Positions 43,396 to 52,082 of a stretch of DNA of 61,323 bases are shown here, piece after piece. The stretch comes from Planctomycetaceae bacterium (GTDB taxonomy: Bacteria; Planctomycetota; Planctomycetia; Pirellulales; UBA1268): the NCBI GenBank assembly GCA_046075685.1, contig JBJTQP010000191.1, forward strand, positions 1-61,323, in the 5' to 3' direction. A program made the translations under genes and the position numbers. Position 1 is the first letter of the stretch. Every line of letters starts with the position of its first letter. The notes beneath the pieces are model-generated. The model had not been told where the DNA came from, did no database searches, and was given only the letters and a program-made list of their open reading frames with translations.

Positions 43396-44820
43396 TCAGC
43401 GGAGAAACCGCCCCACGTGGGGAAGCCGCCCGCGGATCATCTCCACGGTCGGGCCCGGCAGCATGTCGGCCCGCAGCGGCACCACGCGGGTGTCCTCGAG
43501 ATCGAGCCGACCGGCCGCCCGGTGAAATGTGGCCTCTGGCGACGGAGTTTCCGCGGTCCCTGCCGCAGCCCGCTCGATCGCGACCGACCAGAAGAACCGG
43601 TGCGGCTGCACTCCATCGACACCCGGAGCCGGCTCCGCCTCAGCCGCGCGGCGCGCCGTCGCCGCGGGCGACCGGAGCCGCTCGAGCGCCAGCGTGCGAA
43701 ACAGTTCCCTGGCGGTGAGGCTGGCCGGATCGATCACCTCGATCTCCTCCGCGATGAGCCGCTCGAACGGTCGCCCGCCCTGCTCCTCCAACCGCCGCAG
43801 ACGCGCGAACTCCGCGACGATCTGCCGCCTGACGAGCGGAAAGTGCGTGCAGCCGAGCACGAGCGTGCCGACCGGCGGGCTCGTGGAGGCGCGCCGCTGC
43901 TCGTCGAGCAGCCGGCGCAGGTCGACGGCGATCGCCTGCTCCACGCTGGTGCGGGCGGCGACCGCAGGATCGCCCTCGATCGCCGCCGCGAGGTCGGCGA
44001 AGCCCTGCTGCACCACCGCTGGAGCCGGCCGCCCCGCCCTTCCAAACGCGACGCCGATCGCCTTGGGATACGCCATGCTGGCGCAGGTGCCGACGGTCGC
44101 CAGCACGGCGACCGCCTCGTCGCGGCCGGCCGCCAGATGTGCCGACTGCAGCACGCCCCGTGCACCGGCCTCGACCACGCCGACCACCGGCACCGGAACG
44201 CCCCACGCCCGGATGGCGGCCCGGATGTCGTCGAGACCGTAGGCGGTGGCGGTGTTGCAGGCGATCACGATCGCCTTCACCGGCGGCTTGTCGAGCACTG
44301 GTGCGACCGCGTCCGCCACCGGCCAGGAACGCCTCCCCAGCAGGAACACCGCGTCCTTGAGGATCAGTTCCCGCAGGAAGGCCACGTTGCCCTCGCGCGG
44401 ATAGTTGCCATAGGGCATGTTCGCCTGATCGCCGAGGTAGACGAACCGCTCGCCGGCGAAGTCGGGCCGGCCGTCGGGGACGGGCTGGAGGGTGCGGTTG
44501 TCAAAATCGTCGGCCGCCAGAATCGCCTCCAGCACCGTGAGTCCACCGATCCCCGAATCGAACACCCCGATCGGCAGGTCGCGTGTCTCACCAGCGAAGT
44601 CCCCCGGCAGGAACGTGAAGGCCGCGGAGCCGTCGGGCGACGACGTGGCATGAGCCACGATCGCGTCCACGACCGACACCGACTGGTCACCGGTCGTGGG
44701 CTCCACGGTGGCGGACGATTCCGCGGCGGTCGTGAACCCGGCGACCGAAGCCACGATGACGACACCGGCGAGTCGGCGGGCACGGACGGCGGCGTGCGGC
44801 ACGGTGAACAGGGAATGCAT
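43396..44820 (-). CDS. murI: Long-form glutamate racemase-like protein with an N-terminal signal/anchor and a C-terminal extension
   Basis: It has the Asp/Glu racemase motifs IGVFDSGIGGLTV, VIACNTATA (Cys 1) and LVLGCTHFPL (Cys 2). It is 474 aa, compared with about 270 aa for typical MurI. The N-terminus is RRLAGVVIVASVAGFTTAAES. Confidence 0.8.
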   Translation of the reverse strand: MHSLFTVPHAAVRARRLAGVVIVASVAGFTTAAESSATVEPTTGDQSVSVVDAIVAHATSSPDGSAAFTFLPGDFAGETRDLPIGVFDSGIGGLTVLEAILAADDFDNRTLQPVPDGRPDFAGERFVYLGDQANMPYGNYPREGNVAFLRELILKDAVFLLGRRSWPVADAVAPVLDKPPVKAIVIACNTATAYGLDDIRAAIRAWGVPVPVVGVVEAGARGVLQSAHLAAGRDEAVAVLATVGTCASMAYPKAIGVAFGRAGRPAPAVVQQGFADLAAAIEGDPAVAARTSVEQAIAVDLRRLLDEQRRASTSPPVGTLVLGCTHFPLVRRQIVAEFARLRRLEEQGGRPFERLIAEEIEVIDPASLTARELFRTLALERLRSPAATARRAAEAEPAPGVDGVQPHRFFWSVAIERAAAGTAETPSPEATFHRAAGRLDLEDTRVVPLRADMLPGPTVEMIRGRLPHVGRFLR

Positions 44821-44865
44821 GACGTGAGTTCCAGGCTGCAGGGAAGGCCCGCCGATCGTAGCCGA

Positions 44866-45435
44866 TCAGATCACGATCGCCTGCATCCGCCGTCGCCAGC
44901 GCCGCGGTGTGAACGCCGGAATGGCGAGCGGTTCGACCAGCGGCTGCCCTGGTTGCCAAAAGGACTGAAACGGCAGCCGTTCACCGGCAACGTAGGCGTG
45001 CCGCAGGTAGGCGAGGTCGCAGGCCGAGTGATCGGCGAGCCACTGGTCGAAGGCCACGACTCCGGCCTCGTGCAGCGCCTGCTGGCTGTAGCGGCAGGCC
45101 TGCCGCTCGTAGGCTTCGAGTGCGTCGAGCGTCCGTGAGTCCGGCTTCACGGGCATGGTCATCCCGAGCCGCCGCAACTCCCCCGACACGTTCCATTGAA
45201 CGGTGTGGCCGAAGAGATGGGACACGAGGAAGAGCCTGTCGGCGGCGTCGTTCCGCGATCCGACGAGGATGCGGCGGCCGTCGAGATCGCCCTTGAAGGG
45301 CGCCGCCACCTCCGTGACCTCGACCTCGACACCGTAGCGGTCGGTGACGTGCCGGGATACGGCCGCGAACGCATCGTGAAACGCATCGGCAGTGGCCCGA
45401 TCCACGGTCACGGGTGGCGCAGTGTCTCCGACCAC
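44866..45435 (-). CDS. Hypothetical protein (189 aa)
   Basis: The GTG start is immediately downstream of an in-frame TGA. The composition is protein-like (FLVSHLFGHTVQWNVSGELRRLG...). No family was recognised. Confidence 0.6.
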   Translation of the reverse strand: MVGDTAPPVTVDRATADAFHDAFAAVSRHVTDRYGVEVEVTEVAAPFKGDLDGRRILVGSRNDAADRLFLVSHLFGHTVQWNVSGELRRLGMTMPVKPDSRTLDALEAYERQACRYSQQALHEAGVVAFDQWLADHSACDLAYLRHAYVAGERLPFQSFWQPGQPLVEPLAIPAFTPRRWRRRMQAIVI

Positions 45436-45600
45436 TCAGCCTGCACCGGCCACGAGGGCGGTGCCGTCTCCTGTCCGCCGGCCTTGGATGGCCGGCTTCC
45501 CGCTCAGCCTGCACCGGCCACGAGGGCGGTGCCGTCTCCTGTCCGCCGGCCTTGGATGGCCGGCTTCCCGCTCAGCCTGCACCGGCCACGAGGGCGGTGC
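45436..45600. repeat. Perfect 68-bp tandem repeat, 2.4 copies
   Basis: Copies at 45436-45503 and 45504-45571 are identical (tcagcctgcaccggccacgagggcggtgccgtctcctgtccgccggccttggatggccggcttcccgc). A third, partial copy spans 45572-45600. Each unit carries the hairpin gccggcc-ttggat-ggccggc. Confidence 0.95.
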
Positions 45601-45610
45601 AGGCGTGAAA

Positions 45611-45692
45611 CGGAGGGCACGGGATTCGAACCCGCAACCGGTTTCCCGGCATCTGATTTCGAGTCAGACCGCTAGCCATTCGCTTACCCTCC
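45611..45692 (-). tRNA. tRNA-Ser (anticodon CGA)
   Basis: The reverse complement is GGAGGGTAAGCGAATGGCTAGCGGTCTGACTCGAAATCAGATGCCGGGAAACCGGTTGCGGGTTCGAATCCCGTGCCCTCCG. It has a 7-bp acceptor stem, an anticodon stem TCTGA/TCAGA with loop CTCGAAA, a long variable arm CCGG-GAAA-CCGG, a GTTCGAATC T-loop and discriminator G. No CCA is encoded. I could not draw the D-arm pairing cleanly by hand. Confidence 0.8.
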
Positions 45693-45941
45693 GGGGACGA
45701 GTGTAGGCGGCGGTTTCCCGATCCTCAAGAACGGGCCGCGGTCGCCGCGGATGCGGGCCCCCGCGGTGCCGCCTGGTCGGCCCGTGAGGGAAAGTCGTGG
45801 CGTGCCGAACGAACCCGCCGTGCCGGCAGTGACGGCACTCGGCTTCGCAGCGCGGCCGATCCACCGAGCCTGCCGATACCTACCGACAATGCGGGTTGCG
45901 GGCGCCAGGCCGGCCGCCCTCCCGCCGGAGGCGTTTCAGCG

Positions 45942-46262
45942 ATGGCAAAAGAAACCTGGCGTGTCGTCTCTCGGGGAACCGACGGCGAACTCGTGATCCG
46001 CGACTTCGACTCGGCCGAGGGCATCCTCCGGATGCACGTGCAGATTGGCGTCGACGACTGCAGCACCGACCTCGACCTCCGCGGTGCGCCGGTGTTCCGC
46101 AGCCTGATTGGCCCGATGCCCGAGGGCCGCACCGTCGTCCGCTACGAGACCCCGGAGGTGTTCGAGGCGGCCACGAAGGAATGGGCCGCCCCCAAGGCGC
46201 CGCGGCGCCGCAGCCGCAAGACCGCCGGACAGGAGGCCGCCCCGACGGAGTCCGATGGCTGA
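45942..46262 (+). CDS. Small hypothetical protein (106 aa)
   Basis: The translation [48 protein letters not shown]... is protein-like, with a basic disordered tail. It overlaps the HIT gene start by 8 nt. Confidence 0.5.
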   Translation: MAKETWRVVSRGTDGELVIRDFDSAEGILRMHVQIGVDDCSTDLDLRGAPVFRSLIGPMPEGRTVVRYETPEVFEAATKEWAAPKAPRRRSRKTAGQEAAPTESDG

Positions 46263-46596
46263 CACGATCTTTGGCCGCATCATTCGCGGCGAGATCCCGG
46301 CCCGCATCGTCCACGACGACGACCTCTGCCTGGCGTTCCACGATGTGGCCCCGCAGGCACCCGTCCACGTGCTTGTGATCCCCAAGCGGCCGATCGTATC
46401 GCTCGCCGAGGCGACCACCGACGACGAGCTGCTCCTCGGGCACCTCGTGGTGGTCGCCACGCAGCTCGCCCGCACGCTGAACCTCGACGAGGGCTATCGG
46501 CTGGTGGTCAACTGCGGCCGCGACGGCGGGCAGTCGGTCGATCACCTGCACGTGCACCTGCTCGGGGGCCGACGACTGGGCTGGCCGCCGGGGTGA
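46255..46596 (+). CDS. HIT family (histidine triad nucleotide-binding) protein
   Basis: The ATG at 46255 gives [23 protein letters not shown], and the histidine triad is [10 protein letters not shown]. Confidence 0.9.
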   Translation: MADTIFGRIIRGEIPARIVHDDDLCLAFHDVAPQAPVHVLVIPKRPIVSLAEATTDDELLLGHLVVVATQLARTLNLDEGYRLVVNCGRDGGQSVDHLHVHLLGGRRLGWPPG

Positions 46597-46668
46597 CCGC
46601 GTCGTGACTCCGGCGTGAGGGCCCGGCCCGATCACCCGGCTCAGGTACTGGTGCCGAGCCGGAGCGGG

Positions 46669-49600
46669 CTACTGCCACCACGAGCGAAGTCGGTCCATCA
46701 TCCCGCCGGCCTGACGCTCAGGCGGTCGGGAGGCCGGAGGGGCGGGTTCGTCACTGGAGGCCTCCACGGCCGCGACGACGGCGTCGCTCACGAAGGTGTC
46801 GAGAAACGCTGGCCAGTAGCCCTCCAGCCCGACGAGGCAGCCACCGAGATCGCCGCTGGTGAACTGATGCTCCAGCGTGTCGATGGCCGTGGTGACCCGG
46901 GTTCGCTGGCCGTCGTCGAAGGCGAGGTCGAACACCCGAACGTCGTCGATCTGCACCGCGCCGGGGCCGAGGAGATCGAACCGCACCCGCAGCGACTCGA
47001 CGCCGCCGGCCGGCAGATCGTCGACCTGCAGCACGAACTGCGACCACTCACGGGTCAGGGGGCGACCGCCCGTGAGCCCACCGATCGCCGCGAAGCGGTA
47101 GTACTCGCGATCCCCCTGCACGCCCTCGATGGCGATCCGGAGCGGCGGCTGCGCTGAGGAATCCTTCACCCGCAACCACGCGGCGATGCTCACGCGGCCG
47201 GTGGCAGGCGGCGTGAATGGATTGCTCCGCAGCGTCGAGAGCCCCGTGAACGACGTGAACTCGAGGCCGCGGCCCGGTTGCCCGGCGGCCCCCGCGCCGG
47301 CGACCTGGGTCACGCCGCCCCGTCGTGACTCCACGACCTCCCAGCCCGCCACCATGGTGGCCGAACGGCCCTCCGTGGGCGCGGCACCGAGTTCAAACGC
47401 CGGATTGTCGAGCACCTGGAGGGGCACGGGGGCATCGAGCACGCCGCGTCGCCGTCGCAGCCGGTCCAGGCGATCAGCGACGGCTCGGCGCACGTCGTCG
47501 CCATACTCGGCCCTGACGGCGGCGACGCCGCAGTCTCCCTCCACGAGCACGCACCGCAGCCCCCATGCCGGCAGGGGCACGAGGAGTTCGCCGGCGGCGG
47601 TCGCCGCAACCGGCGTGCCATCGACTGCATCCACCGCGGTCGTCGGCCGCCCGGCGAACCCCAGCCGCGCCGTCACCGGCGCCGCCGCGCGGTTCGCCAC
47701 CAGCATCCACGACAGGCCGCCGTGACGGCACGTGCGGACGACGAGCGACTGGTCGCCGTGGAGTTCGTCCGCCGGCAGGGCTGGCAGGGACGCGAACGCG
47801 GTCCGGGCAGCCACGCCGCCTGCTTCGTCGGCCAGCAGGGTTGCGTCGAAGATCTGCTCGACGTCCGCAAGCCCCACCGCCTCCACGAAGCCGCGGCACG
47901 TCGGCTCCGTCATGCCCACCAGCGCCGGCTCGCGGGCCGTCGCGGTGCCGAAGGGCCCGTGCGGCACCACGTCGGCGAGGTCGACCGGCAGCGACGCTCC
48001 AATCAGCACCGCCGCCCGCCGAGCCGCGGCGGCGGCTGCCCGCCCCACCGCGGGCGAGCGATTGGCCGCGTTCACGATCGCCCGCTCCCGCACGCCGTCG
48101 GCAGGCGGCTGCACCCGGGGCCAGCAGTACACCACCCGCTCGGCGGCGGGCACGGGCCGCACGGCCGCGGGATCGAGACCGGCCACCCGCACCCGGTCGT
48201 CGTCCGAAGTGCCATCGGCGGCGGGGCCCGCGGCATCCGTGTCGACAAACAGCGTGGTGGGGACGACGTGGAGCGGCCAGCGGTCGTCCACGGCGGCCAC
48301 CGCCGCCGCGAGCCGCGCGTGGAACCGCGCCATCTCGCCGCACCTCCAGGCGATCCACTGCTCCCGAAACGGCCCCTCGACGAGCCGGGCCCGCTCGGCA
48401 AACCGCCCCTCGCCCACCGGAGCGGGCGGCGACGGCAGGGTGTCCGCAAAGCGACCGAACGTGTCGTCGTCGAGCGGCCAGGCCACCCCCGGCAGGTGCA
48501 GCCAGCCGTCGCGGGGCATCACCACGGCCACGCCCGCGACCGCCGCTGAGCCGCGGACCGCCCCGGCCATCTCCACGAGCACATCCTCCACGGCCCGCTG
48601 CACCAGCGGGTGCAGCACGTTGTAGTGCAGGCTTCCGTCCATCAAGCGACGCGGCTTGCCGTCGCGGCCGATGCAGGCGACGCCCGTGCCCGCCGCGCCC
48701 TCGGCGAGCGCCGCTTCGACGGCGGGCAGCGGCGCATCGAAGCGGGCGGCTGGAATCAGCGCAAGCCCATGCCGCGCATGCCCGCGGGCGACGGCCGTGA
48801 GCACGTCGCGACCCGTGCCCCCGGACGCAGCGTCCCAACGCGGCGCCTGCCGGGTCGCTCGCGAGGGCCAGAGGGCGGCGCCCTCCGCGTAGGCGGTGAG
48901 CAGCGTGCCGGCGCCTCCGCGGGCGGCGACGAGCTCCGCGAGGTGGCCCGCCGCGGCCACCTGGCCCGCCCAGTCGCTCTCCACGCGGCCATCCTCGGCG
49001 GCGAAGCGGACGACACCACCGAACCGCCGCGCGAGATCCGGGCTGTCGACGAACGCATGCACCCGCCGGGCTGCAGCGCCGGTGCGGACGACCACCGCTG
49101 CGGGTGGGCGAGGCGACTCGACCGGCAGGCGGGCCGGCCCCGCCCGCACCCGCACGCGACCGATCAGGGCGGGTGAACGGGGGGAGGCGTTGGCGATCAG
49201 GAGCAGCGGCTGCCGCGTCGTGGGCCAGAACACGAAGCGATGCGCGGCGACGGTCGGCGGCGGCGGCGCGATCCGCGGCTGCGCGACCTCGAACCCGCCG
49301 GCGTGCCGCGCCTGCACGATCACGCCGGCGGCATCGGCCTCCAGCACGGCGACGGCCACCGTGGCGTCCTGGTCGGTCGGATAATCGATCTCGACGGCGT
49401 GTGGAGAGCCCGGCTGCAGCCCGGCGAGCGAGATGGCCTCCCACCCGGCAACGCCCGGCGTCTCGCACGGCGGGAGCCGCAGCATGGCACCGAGCGGGTG
49501 CGGTGTCACGGTGGAGTGACCGTGGGTGAGAAGACCGCTGATCCGCGGCACCATCGCCGAGACACTCGGCAGCGGCACCGCCGGAAGGGGCATGCTCGGC

Positions 49601-50634
49601 ATCTTGGGCAGCTGCATCGAGGCGGCGGACAGGCTTGGCATCGGCATCTCCGGCAGGGGCATCGCCGGGAGGCTCACGCCCGGAAGCCGCCGCAGACGCT
49701 CCAGCAGCCGTGGGCTTCCCGGATCGAACTCGTAGACGCTCTTCCACGGATCGCCGCCCGAGGCTGCGATCGGCCTGTCGTCGACAGCGGCGATCTCGAT
49801 CGACCGCGACGCGAGCGGCCGCGCCCACCGCAGGCCGCCCCGCTCGACCGCCTCGATTCCGAGCACCGAGACACCCTCCTCCGTCGGTAGCGAGACGTCG
49901 AAGGACACCGGTTCGAACTCGGTGACGGCGGGGCCGGCACCGGCCGCGGCGTCAACGAGCGGGACGAGACCGACGGCCTGCGTCGCCACCTCGGCTCCCT
50001 GCGGCGACGTGAGGCGGATGCGGAGTTCCGCCGTGTGACCGCCCTGCAACCGCGTGACGAGGAGCGGATCAACCCGCACCCGCAGCCGGTCTCCGGGCCG
50101 GCGCACCAGCCCCAGCGCGTCGGCCGTCGTGGCCGCCGCCGCATCCGCGGAGGCCAGTTCGACATGCAGCGCGGATACCACCGCCACTCGGGCCGCAAGC
50201 CGATTGCCGAGGCTGTCGAGCGGCCGCTGCGCCGGTTCGGTGAGCAGGTCCACGAGTGGCACGTCGAGCCGCGTGGGAGTGCCACCCTCCGCCGCCGCGA
50301 GCGTCACCACGAGCCTTGCCGTCCGCCAGTCGTCGACCACCAGCTCCACGCCGTCGCTGGCGATCGGCCGTGGCTGGTGCACGTGGAGCATGCCGTCTGC
50401 ATCGTGCACGTGCGTTGCCGCGTCGATGTCGGTGGAGAGCGTCCGCCACGAGACCGGCTGCCGCGCACGAGTCCCGCCGCCCGCCGCCTCCAGCGTGCCG
50501 GACCAGGCCTGCGGAGTGCCACCGCCCCACTGCACCCGCACCGCCAACGGTCGGGCCTCGACGATGGTGCTCGTGGCGGCCCACGCGACCACAAGGGCCA
50601 TCACGGCGGCGCGGACGACGACCATCGGAGCCAT
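46669..50634 (-). CDS. Very large secreted hypothetical protein (1321 aa)
   Basis: It has a signal peptide (MAPMVVVRAAVMALVVAWAATSTIVEA). The frame is uninterrupted, with non-shadow composition along its length. The C-terminal ~150 aa (RVSIAAWLRVKD...LRVRFDLLGPGAVQIDDVRVFD) look like a jelly-roll/CBM-type module by eye. No catalytic motif was recognised. Confidence 0.8.
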   Translation of the reverse strand: MAPMVVVRAAVMALVVAWAATSTIVEARPLAVRVQWGGGTPQAWSGTLEAAGGGTRARQPVSWRTLSTDIDAATHVHDADGMLHVHQPRPIASDGVELVVDDWRTARLVVTLAAAEGGTPTRLDVPLVDLLTEPAQRPLDSLGNRLAARVAVVSALHVELASADAAAATTADALGLVRRPGDRLRVRVDPLLVTRLQGGHTAELRIRLTSPQGAEVATQAVGLVPLVDAAAGAGPAVTEFEPVSFDVSLPTEEGVSVLGIEAVERGGLRWARPLASRSIEIAAVDDRPIAASGGDPWKSVYEFDPGSPRLLERLRRLPGVSLPAMPLPEMPMPSLSAASMQLPKMPSMPLPAVPLPSVSAMVPRISGLLTHGHSTVTPHPLGAMLRLPPCETPGVAGWEAISLAGLQPGSPHAVEIDYPTDQDATVAVAVLEADAAGVIVQARHAGGFEVAQPRIAPPPPTVAAHRFVFWPTTRQPLLLIANASPRSPALIGRVRVRAGPARLPVESPRPPAAVVVRTGAAARRVHAFVDSPDLARRFGGVVRFAAEDGRVESDWAGQVAAAGHLAELVAARGGAGTLLTAYAEGAALWPSRATRQAPRWDAASGGTGRDVLTAVARGHARHGLALIPAARFDAPLPAVEAALAEGAAGTGVACIGRDGKPRRLMDGSLHYNVLHPLVQRAVEDVLVEMAGAVRGSAAVAGVAVVMPRDGWLHLPGVAWPLDDDTFGRFADTLPSPPAPVGEGRFAERARLVEGPFREQWIAWRCGEMARFHARLAAAVAAVDDRWPLHVVPTTLFVDTDAAGPAADGTSDDDRVRVAGLDPAAVRPVPAAERVVYCWPRVQPPADGVRERAIVNAANRSPAVGRAAAAAARRAAVLIGASLPVDLADVVPHGPFGTATAREPALVGMTEPTCRGFVEAVGLADVEQIFDATLLADEAGGVAARTAFASLPALPADELHGDQSLVVRTCRHGGLSWMLVANRAAAPVTARLGFAGRPTTAVDAVDGTPVAATAAGELLVPLPAWGLRCVLVEGDCGVAAVRAEYGDDVRRAVADRLDRLRRRRGVLDAPVPLQVLDNPAFELGAAPTEGRSATMVAGWEVVESRRGGVTQVAGAGAAGQPGRGLEFTSFTGLSTLRSNPFTPPATGRVSIAAWLRVKDSSAQPPLRIAIEGVQGDREYYRFAAIGGLTGGRPLTREWSQFVLQVDDLPAGGVESLRVRFDLLGPGAVQIDDVRVFDLAFDDGQRTRVTTAIDTLEHQFTSGDLGGCLVGLEGYWPAFLDTFVSDAVVAAVEASSDEPAPPASRPPERQAGGMMDRLRSWWQ

Positions 50635-50757
50635 CCCAGAGGATCCCGGAGCACGGCGGCGAACCGCGGAACCTGGGGGGTGCCGCGGGCGGCGGATGGT
50701 AGCGGCACGGGTGCGGCCAAACCACGCGGATTTGCCGGCCCGAACCGGCCCACATCA

Positions 50758-50795
50758 TCAGCCCGCCCCCTGTTCAGCCCGCCCCCTGTTCAGCC
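50758..50795. repeat. 16-bp perfect tandem duplication (tcagcccgccccctgt, 2.4 copies) spanning the stop codon of the 401-aa gene
   Basis: Read directly at 50758-50773 and 50774-50789, with a partial third copy. On the minus strand each unit ends in TGA. Confidence 0.9.
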
Positions 50796-51979
50796 GCCCC
50801 GAGCGGTCCCTGCCACGCCGTCACCCAGTCGCCGCAGACAGCCGCCTCTGCCAGCAGGCGGAGGGACTCGGCGACGGCCGGGCAGCGGTCGGCGACGTCG
50901 CACAGATCGAAGCAGTCGTCAGGCTTGACGAACAATGCGGTGGCAGTCGACGACGAGTCGCCGGCAGGAACGACCCGCGGGACCATCCGCAGCAGGTGCC
51001 ACGCGTTGGTGACCACCGCGACGCCGTCCGCCCCCGTCACGATCACGCGATCCCGACCGGCCGCGTTCCAAGCGGTGAACAGGCCCGCCATACTGCGGCC
51101 TGACCGCGGATCACCGCCCACCGGGGCGAGCGGCAGAGCATCGCCGTGCGGAGCATCGCCGCCGGCGGCCGTGAGGTCGGCCACCGTGGCGCCGATGTCG
51201 GCGGGTACGACGAGGCCGTCAAAACGCTGGCCGGCCATGCGGCCGACGCGGTCGATGAGGATCGCGGGCAGGCGGACGAGTTCGGCATAGGGTGGCAGCG
51301 GCCCGGGGCCGAGTCGGCCATGCAGCCCCAGCGGCATGCCCCGCAGCCCCGCGACGAGCATGGCAGTGTGGTCGCCCGCAGCCGCGACGAGCCGGCCGAG
51401 GCACCGGTCGAGCAGCGTCAGCTGGCCCGCGAACACGTGCCGCAGGCCGGTGACGAGATCGGGGTCGGTCGCCGCATCGACACTCAGGTCCGGCACCGCC
51501 GCTCCGGCGGGTGGCGGCGGATCATCGGGATCGAGATACGCCTCGCGAAACGCCGGGGGCGCGTCCCATGAGAGGCCGAGGCTCGAGGCATGGCACCAGA
51601 CCACGTCGTGCCGGGGGGCCGTCACGGCGGCGGCCGCGGCGGCGAACAGGCGGCCGAGGTTCGTCGCGTCCTCCACGGATGTCGGCCGGAGCGGGCGGAC
51701 GACCGGCACCTGCACGAGATCCCGATCGCAGCCGACGACGTCGGCGAACGCAGCGTCGTCGGTGACCACGAGCACGCGGCGTGACGCGTCGCGCAGCCAT
51801 CCCAGCATGCCCCGAGCGGCCTCTCGGGGGTCGTCGCCCGTGGCCACGAGCCCATCGCAGGTGATCCCCCGCGCTGCGAGCCCCGTCACCGCCGGCATCG
51901 ACACCCACGTCGCCCCGTAGGCCGGCAGGATCCAGGCGGGCATCCGATCGAGCGTGACGACGACAAGCGGGGTCGGCAT
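50774..51979 (-). CDS. Hypothetical protein (401 aa) with a weak sulfatase/alkaline-phosphatase-like N-terminus
   Basis: The N-terminus MPTPLVVVTLDRMPAWILPAYG...MPAVTGLAARGI is reminiscent of sulfatase N-termini, but I see no C/S-x-P-x-R nucleophile motif. The family assignment is tentative. Confidence 0.65.
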   Translation of the reverse strand: MPTPLVVVTLDRMPAWILPAYGATWVSMPAVTGLAARGITCDGLVATGDDPREAARGMLGWLRDASRRVLVVTDDAAFADVVGCDRDLVQVPVVRPLRPTSVEDATNLGRLFAAAAAAVTAPRHDVVWCHASSLGLSWDAPPAFREAYLDPDDPPPPAGAAVPDLSVDAATDPDLVTGLRHVFAGQLTLLDRCLGRLVAAAGDHTAMLVAGLRGMPLGLHGRLGPGPLPPYAELVRLPAILIDRVGRMAGQRFDGLVVPADIGATVADLTAAGGDAPHGDALPLAPVGGDPRSGRSMAGLFTAWNAAGRDRVIVTGADGVAVVTNAWHLLRMVPRVVPAGDSSSTATALFVKPDDCFDLCDVADRCPAVAESLRLLAEAAVCGDWVTAWQGPLGAAEQGAG

Positions 51980-52082
51980 GGAAAGATCGCGGGGCCGACG
52001 GGAGGCGGGGCCGGGTTTGCGTCGCCGGGCCGCCCTCGGCGATGCTGTGCCACTCAGGCAGAAATCCTACCCGCGGGCTCCC

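Noticed and set aside
45436-45600. The 68-bp repeats as a possible CRISPR array.
   Set aside because: The units are directly contiguous with no spacers, and there are only 2.4 copies. The unit is too long for a CRISPR repeat, and no cas genes lie in the window.
45611-45692. The tRNA-Ser as the attachment site of an integrated element.
   Set aside because: There is no integrase, no second copy of the tRNA 3' end, and no compositional break on either side. The flanking genes look like ordinary chromosomal genes.
45392-45706. ORFs 45392..45706, 45414..45608 and 45196..45675 reading through the repeats and the tRNA.
   Set aside because: Their periodic peptide sequence is simply the translated tandem repeat, and they run across a tRNA gene.
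47474-49828. A 784-aa ORF on the same strand as the 1321-aa gene but in another frame, plus several 200-400-aa plus-strand ORFs across 47129-50928.
   Set aside because: Their composition is extreme Arg/Gly/Pro/Ala. They lie entirely inside the better-behaved 1321-aa frame, which has a signal peptide and balanced composition.
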